A stretch of DNA of 64,000 nt, from the NCBI RefSeq assembly GCF_009914755.1, contig NC_060934.1; one strand, given 5' to 3'. The translations under genes were made by a program, and so were the position numbers. Of this stretch, positions 1-18,168 are shown piece by piece; position 1 is the first letter of the stretch; the number at the start of each line of letters is the position of its first letter. The stretch comes from the human T2T-CHM13v2.0 reference genome, Homo sapiens. The notes beneath the pieces are model-generated. The model made no database searches, was not told where the DNA came from, and saw only the letters and a list, made by a program, of their open reading frames with translations.

Positions 1-128
1 CAAGCTGAGCCAAGCTCCAGCTCTGTCTCTGGGAAACTCACGATATGATAATGAGAGCAGACTGGTGCGAGAGTCTAAACACCACAGAAAGTGGAAGTGA
101 CTCCAAAAATGGTCCCAGTTTCTATTAG

Positions 129-258
129 CCCATTTATGCCTAGTGTTCCATTATTGGAATGCTAAGCAAGTGGGAGTTATTTATATTCTACTGCTCAAGG
201 ACAGCACCAAGGTCTGATTGCAAAAATTCAAAAAATTGCAACCTCGGGCATACATGGG
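129..258 (+). mobile_element. MER85, piggyBac (PGBD3)-derived non-autonomous MITE
   Basis: TIRs CCCATTTATGCCT...GGGCATACATGGG; flanks TTAG (125-128) and TTAA (259-262) match the piggyBac TTAA target; internal palindrome GTTCCATTATTGGAAT at 145-160; matches recalled MER85 consensus. Confidence 0.9.
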
Positions 259-1521
259 TTAAGAGAGAGAGAAGTTACCAAAACACAACAAAACAACCTG
301 GAAAGGTCAAGAAAGCAGGGCAGATGGGAAGGTGGACTCTTCTCTGGACACATTTGTCAGTGGCCCTATTAGAAAGAGATATCCAGATGTAATCTGACCA
401 CTGCAGGACGCAGGGGGACCATTGCCTACCTATGCTATTGGCAACTCACTTTCATTAATGTCCCCCAAGATTGGACTAATCACTTTGGCAGTCATATAAA
501 GAACTTGCTGTCAACTAAAACCCTTAGGTCTGTTTCCCACGAACTGCTGTTAAATCAGGTTTCCACAATCTTGAACTTGTGCACTGATTTTTTTTCCATC
601 TAAATTCAAGACTTCATTAAATTTCACCTTGTTAGTTTCTAACCATTGTTCCGGGTACACGTGCTCTCTTGCCTACATGATCCTGTTCTCTCGCACTCTC
701 TCCCCCTCCTTCTTACCTCTCTTCCTCCTCCATCTCTCCCCTCTCCCCTGCCTCCTTTAGTCATCAAACTTACAATCCCTCCTCCAGAAATCTGATCTAA
801 ATACATGCATTTATATGCATGTATTACATATGGTACTTAAAAAGCCTTGTTCTCATAAACAAACAGACAACTTATTTTATGGAATCTTGGGGTGAGCCAA
901 CCCTTCACAGGGCAGAGGTCACCTACAAGGGGAGAGGCTTATAGGGTTATTGGGGACCAGAATGAGGAAGTGGTGACTTTAGGTGTGTGTATCAGAACTG
1001 TTTTGATGCAGCAACTGGCTGGCAGAGAATTGTATTACCAGGAAATAATAACTCACTCCAGGTTTTCATAAAGGCCAGGGGTTGCCCTTGGGTTGTATCC
1101 CTAAGTATATAATAGTATATAATGATCAGCTTTAACTCCCTACAACTCCCAAGGGTCTACAGACTAAAAAGTGCTTCCTGTTACCAAAGTGAAGTCAAAT
1201 GCAGCACAGTCAAATTAGTTTCTCCATGTGGGTGTCCAGCTCTAATTATATAACAGCTTCTAATTATAAAACGTTAAGAATGGCTATTAACTTTTGAATC
1301 TCATTAAAATTAACGGTTAATTTGCTAAAAGTCGCTTGTTTGGAAAAACTGCTAATGACCGTTCTGCAGATAGGTACAGGTACAAAATCTGCAAGGACAC
1401 AGGCTCAAGGAAAAATTTTGCATTTAAAATCTCACACACCTTTGAGTTTTTAGCTAGTGTACATAGTAGCTAGGGTTTGGGGAGATATATTTACATTTAG
1501 TCCAATGAATAGGAATAGTCT

Positions 1522-1827
1522 GCCAGGCCCGGTGGCTCACACGTGTAGTCCCAGCACTTTGGGAGGCCAAGACGGGTGGATCGCTTAACACCAGGAGTTC
1601 CAGACCAGCCTGGGCAACATTGTGAAACCCCATCTCTTCCAAAAAATTCAAAAATTAGCCAGGCATAGTGGCGTGCATCTGTTAAGTCCCAACTACTCAG
1701 AAGGCTGAGGCAGGAGGAACGCTCGAGCCCAGGAAGTCAAGGCTGCAGTGAGATTGTGCTACTGCTGCACTCCAGCCTGGGCAACAGAGTGAGACCTTTT
1801 CTAAAAAAAAAAAAAAAAAAAAAAAAA
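1522..1827 (+). mobile_element. Alu (AluJ-like)
   Basis: Dimeric Alu with poly(A) tail. Confidence 0.9.
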
Positions 1828-2051
1828 GAATAAGAATTGTCACTTGACAATAAGAACAGGATGAAATGAAAAAAAAGAGGGAATGACTTACCCATCTATT
1901 TTAACAGTTGGGATTCTAGAGTATGGCAGGGAGCACAGGTGTTTGGGGGTACAGGGACTGAAAGGTGAAGCCAATTCCATTCCAGTAATAGAATAAGCTG
2001 TGAGGAGGACCCAGATGTCTGTTCTTTAGAATGGCCCCCAAGATGTATGTT

Positions 2052-2145
2052 TCTCCATGATGCACTGTCCTGAATTCCGCAGCCTGTGTCAGAAAACCTG
2101 CCTGCTAGTGGACACGAGAGCGTGGAAGGTCAAGCACGATGCTCT
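2052..2145 (-). ncRNA. MIR604: pre-miR-604 hairpin (intronic); mature AGGCUGCGGAAUUCAGGAC at 2067-2085
   Basis: Reverse complement matches recalled 94-nt hsa-mir-604 precursor and mature sequence; MIR604 is known to lie in an SVIL intron. Confidence 0.9.
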
Positions 2146-2622
2146 CCTGCAGACACCTCTCTCAGTGCATGGAAACAGACCACTGAGCCAAGAGAGCTTG
2201 AGGCTCTGGAGACGGTTTTTAGACTAAAATCTCTCATCAGGAGATGAGCAAATGCAATCAGAAATAAACTCCAAGTGCCCAGCACAAGCCCCTTCCTTTC
2301 TTAGTGGCTGAGGCTGCACCGTGTCAAGTTGTTACAGAAGCTGCATTCCAGAGGGTGCCCTGGTCTATTTCCTGAGCCGATCGGCGGCTCTCTGGCATCC
2401 ATGGGGAGCCCTGCCCAAACCATCATCCACCAATGGCAACTCTCCCAGGGGTCCAATGTCAGCCTCAGCTCTGCATGAAACCTCCATATCATGTTCTCAC
2501 TACTAAGGACACAATTTGCTAAAGAGAAAAGAGTGGTGAGGGGCTGCAGTACAGTAATGACAAACAAAACTAATAAACGAGGGTTTTCTAGAGTGGATCA
2601 CCACTAGAAAATGAGGTCTACC

Positions 2623-3027
<405 letters not shown>

Positions 3028-3363
3028 TCAGCAAAGGCAACAGCAGGACTGAAGACAGTGAGTTTCTCCACTCATAAAAGTAAAAAATACAGCACATTTT
3101 CTTTATATAGATACGTGAGATGCATAAAGTAACAAATTCAACAAGAGCTTTGGATTCGGAATTTCTAGTAGTAGAAGCTCAAGCTCAGGTGTTTAAAAAT
3201 CTGAATAATCCATAGGACCTAAATCCCTTTTAATTTTATTCTAAAACTCACAGTGGTGGAATTAATAAAGAATGGTTCATAATCAGTAACACTACCTCTC
3301 CAGCAAATAATACCATTTCTGAAATTTCAAGTTTACAGGTTTGTAACAGTTAGAGAGGTGGGG

Positions 3364-3477
3364 CTGGAAGTATCTTATTGTTTTCTACTTCACCTATTTC
3401 GTTACTATGTGTATTCTTAGTTTTCTTCAGAGCAATGTGTCCAACTGAATTCCTGGGCATCTAACAGGATTTCTGAG
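3364..3477 (+). repeat. Copy A of a 114-bp dispersed direct duplication (partner 36062-36175)
   Basis: Ungapped manual alignment, 10 mismatches in 114 bp. Confidence 0.9.
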
Positions 3478-5990
3478 TTAAAAATCCTGTAATATCAACT
3501 AATCAATTAACTATTTTTTAAAAAATCTTCTTTATCATATAAACTGAATACTAAAGAATTGTAAAATAAATGTATTATTCAGGTAAATATTGTCCTAAAG
3601 ACTGTTATTTTGCCTATAATGCTAATGAGTACAGTATAGTGAAGTATAAGAATTAATGATTATTCTGTATATATACACAGATGTGTACAGGTGTTAATGT
3701 ACGTGAGCACATTCAAAAACTGAGCATTGGAGATGGTGCTCACATTTGAATATTTAGGACACTATTGGTGGTCTTTTGATGGTATATTCATGAGTGTCAT
3801 CGTATTCGTATTTAAATAATAAGACAGCCTCTTGCTAGCGAGCACAGAACAAAATGATTAAATGGGAATGAGTTGATTCAGAGATTTAATAGCCAAAAAT
3901 TTGGCAGAGCTAGATGACAAGAGAGTGCAGCAGTGAGAAAAATATTCCATTTTAGTGACAGAAAAAAATCCACAAAAAACCACAGCATTAAACATTATTC
4001 ATGGGTACTATTTGTCTTCACTTGTTGATTTTAAAGTTTTCGGTTACATGTTTCCATATCAGATGACATTATTATTTTCATATACAGTTATTTAGGTCAC
4101 CAAGGAGGTTTCTTTTGTTACTGTTTTGGGTTACCACATATTTTTTTTGGTTCATCTTACTTCTCCCTAAATAGGAATCAGAAAATGACTTTCTGAAAGT
4201 TGAATTTCCTGGTTCTAGATAAAGACTATCTAAGCAGAATTTTAATCCACTGTAAATCAATCTTTACAACCTGAATCACTGCTGTCATTACAATGTAAAT
4301 CTTAATTTTTTTAAATGTCAAATTTGTCACACATTTTCCATCCCTCTTTATGTAAATATGTCCCAGGTATTTTCCTAATAAATATATAAACTACTTTGGG
4401 TTTCTTTGCCTGTGAATCATAGAATTGTATACCTTTAATGGCTTAGAAAATAAGGCATGCACCTCTCTAGAAGTCCTTACAATTTCTTAATTCTTTTAAA
4501 TCTTTTTCATGAAAGTAAAGTGCTGTGAGGCTAAGGCTTGGCTTATGAAAACTTCTAGGTAACATGCATCTTCAAAATAACCTACAAAGAAGTGGCTTTA
4601 TTTTATTACAGGCCTAAATATGTCAACAATGCTTTTTTCTAGGTCTTAAGACAAGTTATATACATTTTTTTAATATTAAGATTTTAACTCATACGAAATA
4701 TGAAGTATCCTGTCTTTACTTGGGATGCTCAACAAAGTCTTAATTACTATTATAACTGATTTAAAATCTATTTGAGAATCTATTATATGTGATCTAGGTG
4801 ACTAACTCAGATACCGTGATAACGACTTCAACAGCTCTCATCATGTGGCAATCTGAAATTAGATTCCCCATTTCTTTTAAACCAGTGTAATTATATATCT
4901 CTGATATTCTTTTTAAATTGGAGTCTGTTAGGTTCTTCATCCTACTTGCAAAACACAGGAAGAACTTCCTTTGGTAGAAAGTAACTAAACCAAGAACGTG
5001 GTTTCTACGATGAAATGCAAATTCCTCAAACAAAAGACCTTCATTTCAAAATATGAGACAGTAACTCACAGTCCCTACATTTCCAGTTAAAACTAAAGGC
5101 TGAAAAAAGGTGCTCAAAATGGATCCTTGGGATCTACCTTTTAATTCTGTTGGAAGCTGATCTCTCTAAGTATTTCAGTCTGGATGCTCGAGTATGTGGT
5201 GACAGGTCTTTGGGTTAATACATTTCAGTACCACAAGGGTCTGCTTCATATGTGTTACTGCCACTTAGAGATGACCAGGTGTGCACCCCTGTGTCCCAGT
5301 GGGAAAAAAATAGGGGTGTTTCCCACATATGAATCTTTTTTTTCAGAATGAATCTCCCTGACCTTAGGTTCTGATCCCTTCTCAATTCACCTGGGAAACT
5401 ATTGCTTGTTTGAACTGAGAAATACACTTAAGATCCACCTAGACAATTACCCCAAAGCTTTAAGCAGGACAGTTAAGTAAATTGCACTTTTAATATAGCC
5501 ATCACACTTTTAAAATTTAAATTTGGAAGTAAACATATATTCTCTTCTGTGATCTGACTTTCTGATTTCATACCTTTTTCAATTTCTCCAAATGGCAGCT
5601 GCTCTTATCTTGAGTGGATCCTTTTACACAGTGGTTTTCTAATGGCTGATCTTCATAATGCGGGGTTCTCACACATACCTGTGTCCTAGTGTGTGATATA
5701 CTTACAGAACTAGGCATTCTAGTTCTATTTCGTGTATATTGCAGTCATACTTCTGTGCTCTGCACTGAGATGCTTCCACTGGTTAGTGGTGCTTCTTCTG
5801 CTCTGTGATTCTAATCACAGCAACAAAAGCAGTCACCAACAATCATCAGTCTCTGATATGATTACAGAAAAGCGGCGAAAAGATAAACTATGAAAGGGGT
5901 GTGAGAAACCCAGTAAGAGGGTCCTGAAGTGAGGAGTCCATGAAAGTGTCCCCATGACACCTGTTCAGTTTGTTTTTAAAACGAACATAA

Positions 5991-7116
<1,126 letters not shown>

Positions 7117-7203
7117 AACATAAGAAACGCACAAAGAAAAAGAACATGAGGCTTCCTGCTTTGGTAGAACCTGTTTTGATATGGCTGAAATGTAAGAATC
7201 TTA

Positions 7204-7505
7204 GGCCAGGTACGGTGGCTCATGCCTGTAATCCCAGTGCACTGGGAGGTCAAACAAGAGAATCTCTTGTGGCCAGGAATTTGTGATCAGCCTGGGCAAT
7301 GGAGGGAGACCCTGTCTCTACAAAAAAAAAAATGTAAAAATTAGCCGGGCGTGGTGGCATGTGCCTGTGGTTCCAGCTACTTATGAGGCTGAGGCAGGAG
7401 GATTGCTTGAGCCCAGGAGTTCCAGGCTGCAGTGAGCTATGATAGTGCCACTGCCCTCCAGCCTGGGCAACAGAGTGGGACCCTGTCTTCAGAAAAAAAA
7501 AAAAA
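7204..7505 (+). mobile_element. AluJ-like
   Basis: Dimeric Alu, A tail, AAGAATC TSD. Confidence 0.9.
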
Positions 7506-7643
7506 AGAATCATATACTATGATATTTCTCCAATAAGCCTTGACTTCCACATAATGCTTAGAATAGCCAAACCCTATCACACAGAGAGGCAAAAAGAAGG
7601 TATTGTCCTGCGTTCAGGGTGCTTAGCGTGGACTGGATGCTTA

Positions 7644-8465
<822 letters not shown>

Positions 8466-8875
8466 TTACCTGGGCTGTTGAAGAAGTCTGAGATCGGCAG
8501 TGAAATCTACAAAGGCTGTGAATGGTGCACGTTCTGCAAGCCCCGTAAGGCGTGGCTTTAACTTCAGCTCAGCCCCTTCACTCCCCAGAGCGCCTCAGTC
8601 TTTGTTCAGTGCTTATTTCCCCTTACTGATTTACCCTTTTTTGTGGAGTTCAGTATTTCACGTGGGAGGCCATAGGATGAGTTGGGTCCTCTGGGAAAGA
8701 CAGCAGACAAGTGAGCTGCCGTCATTGGACAAGTGATGGATGCTGGTTTCCGGGGATCTGAGAGTAACCATAACGATATGGCCCATATCATTATTCACCA
8801 GGCTTTTCTTTTTTACAGAAGTGTTTTTTTTCCCCAGTTATAACACACATGCCTGGTGTAGGAAATATCTAATAT

Positions 8876-9190
8876 GAGCCTGGCATAGTGGCTCACACCT
8901 GTAATCCCAGCGCTTTGGGAAACTGAGGTGGGAGGGTGGCTGGAGGCCAGGAGTTCGAGACCAGCCTGGGTAACATAGTGAGACCCTGCCTCTACAAAAA
9001 TTATTTTAAAAATTAGCTGGGCATGATGGCACATGTCCATGGTGCCAGCTACTCAGGAGGCTGAGGTGGGCAGATAGCTTCAGCCCAGGAGTTCAAGGCT
9101 GCAGTAAGCTATGATCGATCATGCCACTGAACTCTAACCTGAGCAAGAGAGCAAGACCTTGTCTCAAAAAACAAAACAAAAAAAAAAACC
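8876..9190 (+). mobile_element. AluJ-like
   Basis: Dimeric Alu with A-rich tail. Confidence 0.88.
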
Positions 9191-9324
9191 TATCAATCAT
9201 CACCCTACAAACTAATAACATTTTTATATATTCCTTCTAGTTAATATAATTTTTTCTTTATAAAATAGTTAGTTATTAATGTTCTATAAAAATATTTTCC
9301 GTATTCTATAAAAATGTTTTCCCA

Positions 9325-9747
<423 letters not shown>

Positions 9748-10044
9748 TTAAATATTCATGTATCTTTTCCATTATTTTCTTTAAACTAAACAGGTGAGTA
9801 ACTGGAACTAATTTTGGAGTTTGGTATGAATTGAGAAGAGAGATATGCCTCTTCCCACCCTCTGGCAAACCCATTTTTTTCATTATGATTTTATTAAATA
9901 ATTCCTCCTTTTCTCACTACTATGTGAAGCTTAAACTTCACATATACTACACAGATTACCATTTCGGGTACACTACGGTTTATTTCTGGCTATAAATTTT
10001 GGGACTCTGATCTGTGTATTGATATTTCAAGCGTGTAATTACTT

Positions 10045-10166
10045 TTTAAGAGGTGGAGTCTGGCCGTGTTGTCCAGGCTAATCTTGCACTCCTGAGCTCC
10101 AGCTATTCTCCTGCCTCAGCCTCCCAAAGTGCTGGAATTACTGGTGTTGAGCCACCAAGCCCAGCC
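10045..10166 (-). mobile_element. Alu left monomer (FLAM-like)
   Basis: Reverse-complement Alu left arm only. Confidence 0.8.
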
Positions 10167-10344
10167 TTTTTTTTTTTTTTTTCAATAATTGCATGTGATT
10201 TTAAAATATCTTAGTTTTCTAGCTTTCTGGCCACAGGAAATTGGAAACTGTAGAGACAAGCAAACTGATAACATCATAAAATGAGATCAACAGCTGTCTC
10301 TGAGCTAGAAACTAGAAAACACTGGCTATAAAAAGCAGCAGCAT

Positions 10345-10660
<316 letters not shown>

Positions 10661-10720
10661 AAAAAGCAGCAGCACAGCTCCTCAGAGCCAGGGACTGTGG
10701 TGGGAAGAGCAGCCCTGCGT

Positions 10721-10882
10721 GCATTCTCCTCTCCTAAGGTCAAGTTGAATATTTGATGACAACAATGACTGAGTGATTAGGGAAAAGCTGAGTCACGTGC
10801 ACTCAACATACTGTTTAATATGAAATAAATATGCAACGTATTTAAAATTATCTACATTAAGATAACTTAGATAGAAAGTTTT
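10721..10882 (+). repeat. Copy A of a ~160-bp local direct duplication (partner ~12410-12574)
   Basis: Shared blocks CTAAGGTCAAG.TGAATATTTGATG and CACTCAACATACTGTTTAATATGAAATA; roughly 80% identity by eye. Confidence 0.85.
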
Positions 10883-11209
10883 CTTGCATCTCCAGAGTAA
10901 GAACCGTACTCATTCAAGGTGCAGCTTTGACTCTAGCGCTCCCTGCTGAGAGCAGCCGCTCCCTGTACTGGGGTAGAACCTTGAGAGGCCCCTATCTTAG
11001 AGCACAGATCCTGTGCTGGGCCCTGAGGGTGAAGAAAGACACAGCTTCTGCCTTTGAGGGCCCCAGTCTAGGGAGGAAAATGACTGGCCTCCGTTACCCA
11101 ACAATGTGCGAGGGGAATCATTTCATACTGCTGTGACATGGAAGGCCAGATCCGTGAGGCGGGGCAGAGATGACATACATGTTGTTGCTGTTTTTAGCAA
11201 ATCTATTTA

Positions 11210-12083
<874 letters not shown>

Positions 12084-12098
12084 CTATAAAGATCTTAC

Positions 12099-12106
12099 CT
12101 TTTCAT
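12099..12106 (-). CDS. SVIL: Canonical SVIL start: ATG AAA AG| (MKR)
   Basis: GAAATGAAAAG|gtaaga; 8+152+667 nt gives a continuous [12 protein letters not shown]... frame. Confidence 0.96.
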
Positions 12107-12156
12107 TTCTAAGAATTCTTTCTTCTTTGGTTCAAAGATTTGTCTTAATTCTGCAA
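12099..12156 (-). other. SVIL: SVIL start-codon exon ('exon 4', 58 bp; 50 nt upstream of ATG)
   Basis: Acceptor ttttcttccag|TTGCAG; donor AG|gtaaga. Confidence 0.93.
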
Positions 12157-12204
12157 CTGGAAGAAAACCAAAAAAGAACAAAATATAGTATTTAGTAGTC
12201 GTGC

Positions 12205-12350
12205 GCTCATTTTATTCACTCATGCAACGTGTTTATTGAACTGCAAATTTCAGTTCTTGATTCCTATGTCACAGTGACATGCAAAACTGACCAAGTTCCT
12301 GCTTTCTTGGAAACTGTTTCCTAGTAGGGGAGGCAGATGCCAAATGAATA
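12205..12350. mobile_element. Old L2-like fragment
   Basis: CATTTATTCACTCATGCAACGTGTTTATTGA-type L2 3' end signature. Confidence 0.5.
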
Positions 12351-12360
12351 AGAGTGTGCA

Positions 12361-12361
<1 letters not shown>

Positions 12362-12392
<31 letters not shown>
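12362..12392. repeat. (CA)~15 microsatellite; (UG)n in SVIL pre-mRNA
   Basis: Direct reading. Confidence 0.97.
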
Positions 12393-12394
<2 letters not shown>

Positions 12395-12409
12395 GACACA
12401 CCCTAGGAC

Positions 12410-12574
12410 GCATCATCCTCTTCTAAGGTCAAGCTGAATATTTGATGCCCATAAAAATGACAGAGTTATCAAGGCAAAGCTAAGACATGCTCACTCAACA
12501 TACTGTTTAATATGAAATATATATGTAATATATTTAAAATCACATACATTAAAATAATTTAAATAGAATGTTTT
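12410..12574 (+). repeat. Copy B of local direct duplication (partner 10721-10882)
   Basis: Manual alignment. Confidence 0.85.
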
Positions 12575-14087
12575 GTTGTATATATATTGTAACACCTAGC
12601 TATGTGACTCACGTATATGTCACATATATAGGTTGGCTAAGAAGTAAAATCCTACAGGGTAAGGCAGAAGGTTTTATTTCATCTAGGGGAATCAAGGGAG
12701 ACCTGACGAGCAAGCTTTCTCTAGGAAAGTATTTTAGGCAGAAATCTCAGCAACTGTTTCTAACTTTTGTTTGATTTAACAAAGTATTCTAAGCTTCTAT
12801 TATGGAAATCATTTACAGAAGTATAGACTAGGAGTGTGAACCCCACAGGGCCATCGGCAAGCTACAAGCATGAACTCACAGCCGCTTCTCCTCCACCCTG
12901 TCACGGAATTTGTCAATGGCTGTAACTATCTGATTGTGTTTCCAGCAGTGCCTAAAGTGGCCGCTTCAATTAGCTACAGTTTAGATGAACACAGGTCCTC
13001 CGCCTCCCTGCACAGGCTTTCACTGGAAGCAAATGTTAACAATGGTTTCCTTGCTATAATTTAGGTGGATGATGGGTAAGGTAATTACCCCAATGTTTCT
13101 GGCAGCACTGGAGAAACAGAACAAACGCTGTGCTGAGGTTGGGAGATTCTCACATGATACTGACTACAAGGATATTACTGAGATGCCAGACAACTGTTTC
13201 TTTGGAGAAATGGCCAAAGTTCATGGAGAATAAAGGTCTCTCTTTTTGCCTCCTCCTCAATAGCTTAAATTCATAAGGGCGCATCTGAGTGACTCCTATG
13301 AAGGACTCAGAATGGGGTGGGAGAAAGAGAGAGGGGTGGCTGGACAGCCTGGGGCCAGGGCCAATGAAAAGTTTTGAAAGGCTGAGTCACAGGAGAAACT
13401 CAAAGGAATTTGATGTTTGACTGCTTCAATTTCCATTTTCTTTTCTCTAAGTGGTAATTTTTAGTAATGAGTCAAAACTACACACACACACATGCACGCA
13501 TACACACACACAAAGTTTTATATTGCCCTTTGTGTTCAGGGATAGAAGCCTTGTTTTTCTTCATTTATTTTTAAGTGATAGCCACCTTAAAACTTCAGTT
13601 GAATTGGCTTTTGTTGAGATAGCCGGCTTCAAAAAAACAAAACCTCTCTCCCTCTGACTTCAAAAAGGTCTCCCAGTTGGCCTCCCCAGGAATCAGAGTA
13701 GCTGGAGGCAGAGAAGTCCTTGTTCTAATCATGTTCCTATTTAGAAGACAGGGGTATAATGAGAATGGTGCACCCCGCCATGCGGCCTTGGGAGAGGAGG
13801 CTTGGTCAATAACAACAGCTTCCCTGTCAACAAATTAGCCCTAGTGGGATTATGGTGATACAACTTTAATGGCTGGTAGGACATATTTTGAAAATATTTT
13901 CAAGGATGACAAAAACCAAAGGGTTTTAATTATTTAAACCCCAAAGAGGAAAGTGGAGCCCTATTTTTCAAAAGACCACTCAAGAAGCTATCAAAACCAA
14001 ATTCCAAGGGTGCCTAAAAGGTACGACTTGAACCCATGCCTCAAACCCTAACTGAGAAATAGAAAATATTAATAGGGTCCTGAGTAG

Positions 14088-14445
<358 letters not shown>

Positions 14446-14979
14446 TAACATGTCCCTTTTCTTGCCCCACATTATTTCAACTGGATAAGTATCAAAACCG
14501 TTAATAAACCGAGTATCATGTAACTTCCACTGGAAAAAGTTAAGATAGACTTTTCTTGGTTCTAATTAGAGACTGCTGAAAATCACTTTCATTTCATCCA
14601 AATTTTAATTAATTTTAAAATTTTTCTATAGAAATGCAACTAAAGGCATTTTAAAAAAAGATTACAACAGTGCATGGAAAAGCAAAGCAACATGTTGCTT
14701 CCTGCTATTTTCTATTTCCCATATTCCAGAAAGAAAGATCTAGTTGGGAGACTGTGCAAGCCTCCTGTCCACAGGAAAGGTAGACTTTCCTACTGCCCTT
14801 CCAGTGAACACTGCCCTCTGATAGCCATCCACTTCTGGGCATAAAACGAGAAATTCTCAGGATAGGATCTAGCAGACACACAGATGGACCTCATCAGGGT
14901 CATGGGCTCAGGAGGCTGGCTCTGGAGAGCTCCCAGATCACTATGGGGGCGCTAATGGCTTCTGAATGGGAAGTGGCTT

Positions 14980-15118
14980 TGCTGTGAGCTCTGCCGCAGG
15001 ATGTTGAATGTCCCAGGTTCTTATAGTGATGCTAAATCACCCCCATTTGCTGTGACACAAAAATATCCTCATATATTTCTAAAGCCCCTTAGGGACTGCC
15101 CTAAATTGAGAACCATTG
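14980..15118. mobile_element. MER20-like hAT-Charlie DNA transposon fragment
   Basis: TGTGACACAAAAATAT...TTGAGAACCATTG end resembles recalled MER20. Confidence 0.55.
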
Positions 15119-15691
15119 AGAATCACTGATTCCCCAGTACTAGAATTTCAAATACACAGCCTGTGCCTTAGACACCCAGGCCCTAGGTTACACAGTACAG
15201 ACGCCACTAGCCCAGCACTGCACTCTTTTCAGTCAAGCCTAGATTCAACGCAAAGCTATGCCAAGCCTATTGCTCCTGGAAGCTAGAATCCATCAACATA
15301 GTGGGTACTTGAAGGGACACCTTAGGGTCCTCTCTGATCATTTCACTGAGGAATTAAATGAGCTTATAAATTAAATTGTCCTTTAAATGTATTGGTGAGC
15401 TTATTAATTCCTAGTGAAAATCTATAGTGAATTTTAAAAGGAAAATAAAAAAGTCTCCCCAGCAAACAAATGATGACCTCTCAGTCTATTCTTTCTAGCA
15501 AATATATTTTTAATTACCAAGATATGCCTCATTCCTACAGAAACGGGATTATAAGAAATGATGTACAAGACAAAAAGAAGCAACAGAGAGACATTTTGAG
15601 TTTTGCCTCTTTTCCCCATGTCTGTACTAACATGTAATATAATTAATGTGTATTATATTACATATCTGTTTTATATTATTATTAATAATAA

Positions 15692-16025
<334 letters not shown>

Positions 16026-17860
16026 TTATTATATAAACCATGTTTTATATTATTTTATATTATTAATCATATAAAACATGTTTTTGTACTATTAATAGCA
16101 TAAAGCCAATACTAAAAACATCATGCATGAAAGTCACCATTGCTGTGGAAATCTATGTTGTAACGCTGTTGTTTTATTTATAAAGCCTACCTACAGTTCT
16201 ACCAAAGTTGCCTTCTGGTTGAAAATCTTGAAGGTTTGTGTTCTTTTAAAACTTCAAAAAAATTTTTTGTAATATCAGACGTACAGAAAATGTAAGAGAT
16301 ATCCTTCACAATATGTTAACATTTTACTATATTGGGTTTATTTTTATTCTTCTTTCTCTTAAGTATATTTACATGTGCATATGTGTCTATGTACATACAT
16401 ACACATACATATTTACATAGTATTTTTTCTGAACCATTTGAGTCAATTGCAGCATGAGGCCCCTTCATCTCTAAATTCTTCAGTGTGTATTTCTTAACAA
16501 AAAAGAATAAGAATGCTTTTCAAAATTAGGTTCACCAGCTACAATTCAATTGATTATATGCTGTGTCATAATTATAATTCATATATGGTTCATGTTTAGT
16601 AATAGTAGTTATTATGTAATCCAGATATAAATAAACATCGATGGTCTAATTTCCATTTTAATGAGACATTTTCTATTTTGCTTTCAAATACATTAGGACT
16701 TCCAAACATATCCACCTGTCCCTTATTTTACCTGCTATGTTGGTCTGTTACTCTTCTTTGAGTAATTCGGAGTGGTACTACTGTGGCAATCTGGACTCTG
16801 TGAGTCTATTTCTTTAGTTATTTCTGATGGGAGCTGGAGGTTAGTTTTCAAGTAAGGCGATTTAAGGAAATTTGATAGCAGAGCTATAATACTTCATAAA
16901 GTTATTTACAACCACCTAATAGGCTTTGCAATAAGACTATATAACACCAATATTCTAGACAATTTGGTCTGCAGGGTGCTTTTCTTGGGAAACATAGTTT
17001 CTTCCATTAGCTCTAAGAAACAGAAGGTTTCTGGTTAAGACATTGTTGAGTTCAGTCCTCCAAACTTGAGTACAGTAGAATCTTCCAAAGAAATATAAGT
17101 GGCAGGGGTACTGCCAAGAACACTTCTCTCCTTCACACGACAGCTCAAGAGCCCAGGCCAGATTTGGAATATTCTGATCTTACTTCCCACAGGAGTAAAG
17201 CCCTTTAACTTTTACTCTTGGATGGCAGCCACTAATATAAAGACAAGCAGCTCATAAACCAAGCAATTACAAACTAGAGGAATAAGGGGGAGAGGTGACA
17301 GCTGAAGGGTGTAGGTTTCTTTTTGCAGTCATGAACATGTTCTAAAACTGGCTGTGCCGATGGAGGCAGAACTCTGAATTGCCAGAACCAACGTAATCGC
17401 ATACTTTAAATGATAGGATTGCATGGATGTGTGTTGTATCTTAATAAACCTGCTAAAGAAAGTGGAGTAATACGTTTGGTCCACTTCATAATTCCTAAAT
17501 AAAAAATCTTTTTAAATATTATAAACGTTACATAGGTAAAGATTTTTAATCCCTTGATTACTTGTTTGTGATACACAGAGGAAGTCCCGTAGAGAAAAAG
17601 TAACAACCACTTTAATGCCCATTTTCACAGGAAATGAACAGAAAGAGACTTCCATAAACTTCTCACACATAAAACTTGATGTCATTAAAATAAAATTATA
17701 ACCAAATCTTTTTTTAACATAATATTGCTAAGAGCTGACACACAAAATCATTGATACATGTGTTAAATCAGAGAAACAATGAAATTGCTGGTCTTTCCAA
17801 ATCTGCCTATTTTTTTCATAAAAAGCAAAGATATGTGAAATAAGACTGTAGAGAATTTAG

Positions 17861-18168
<308 letters not shown>

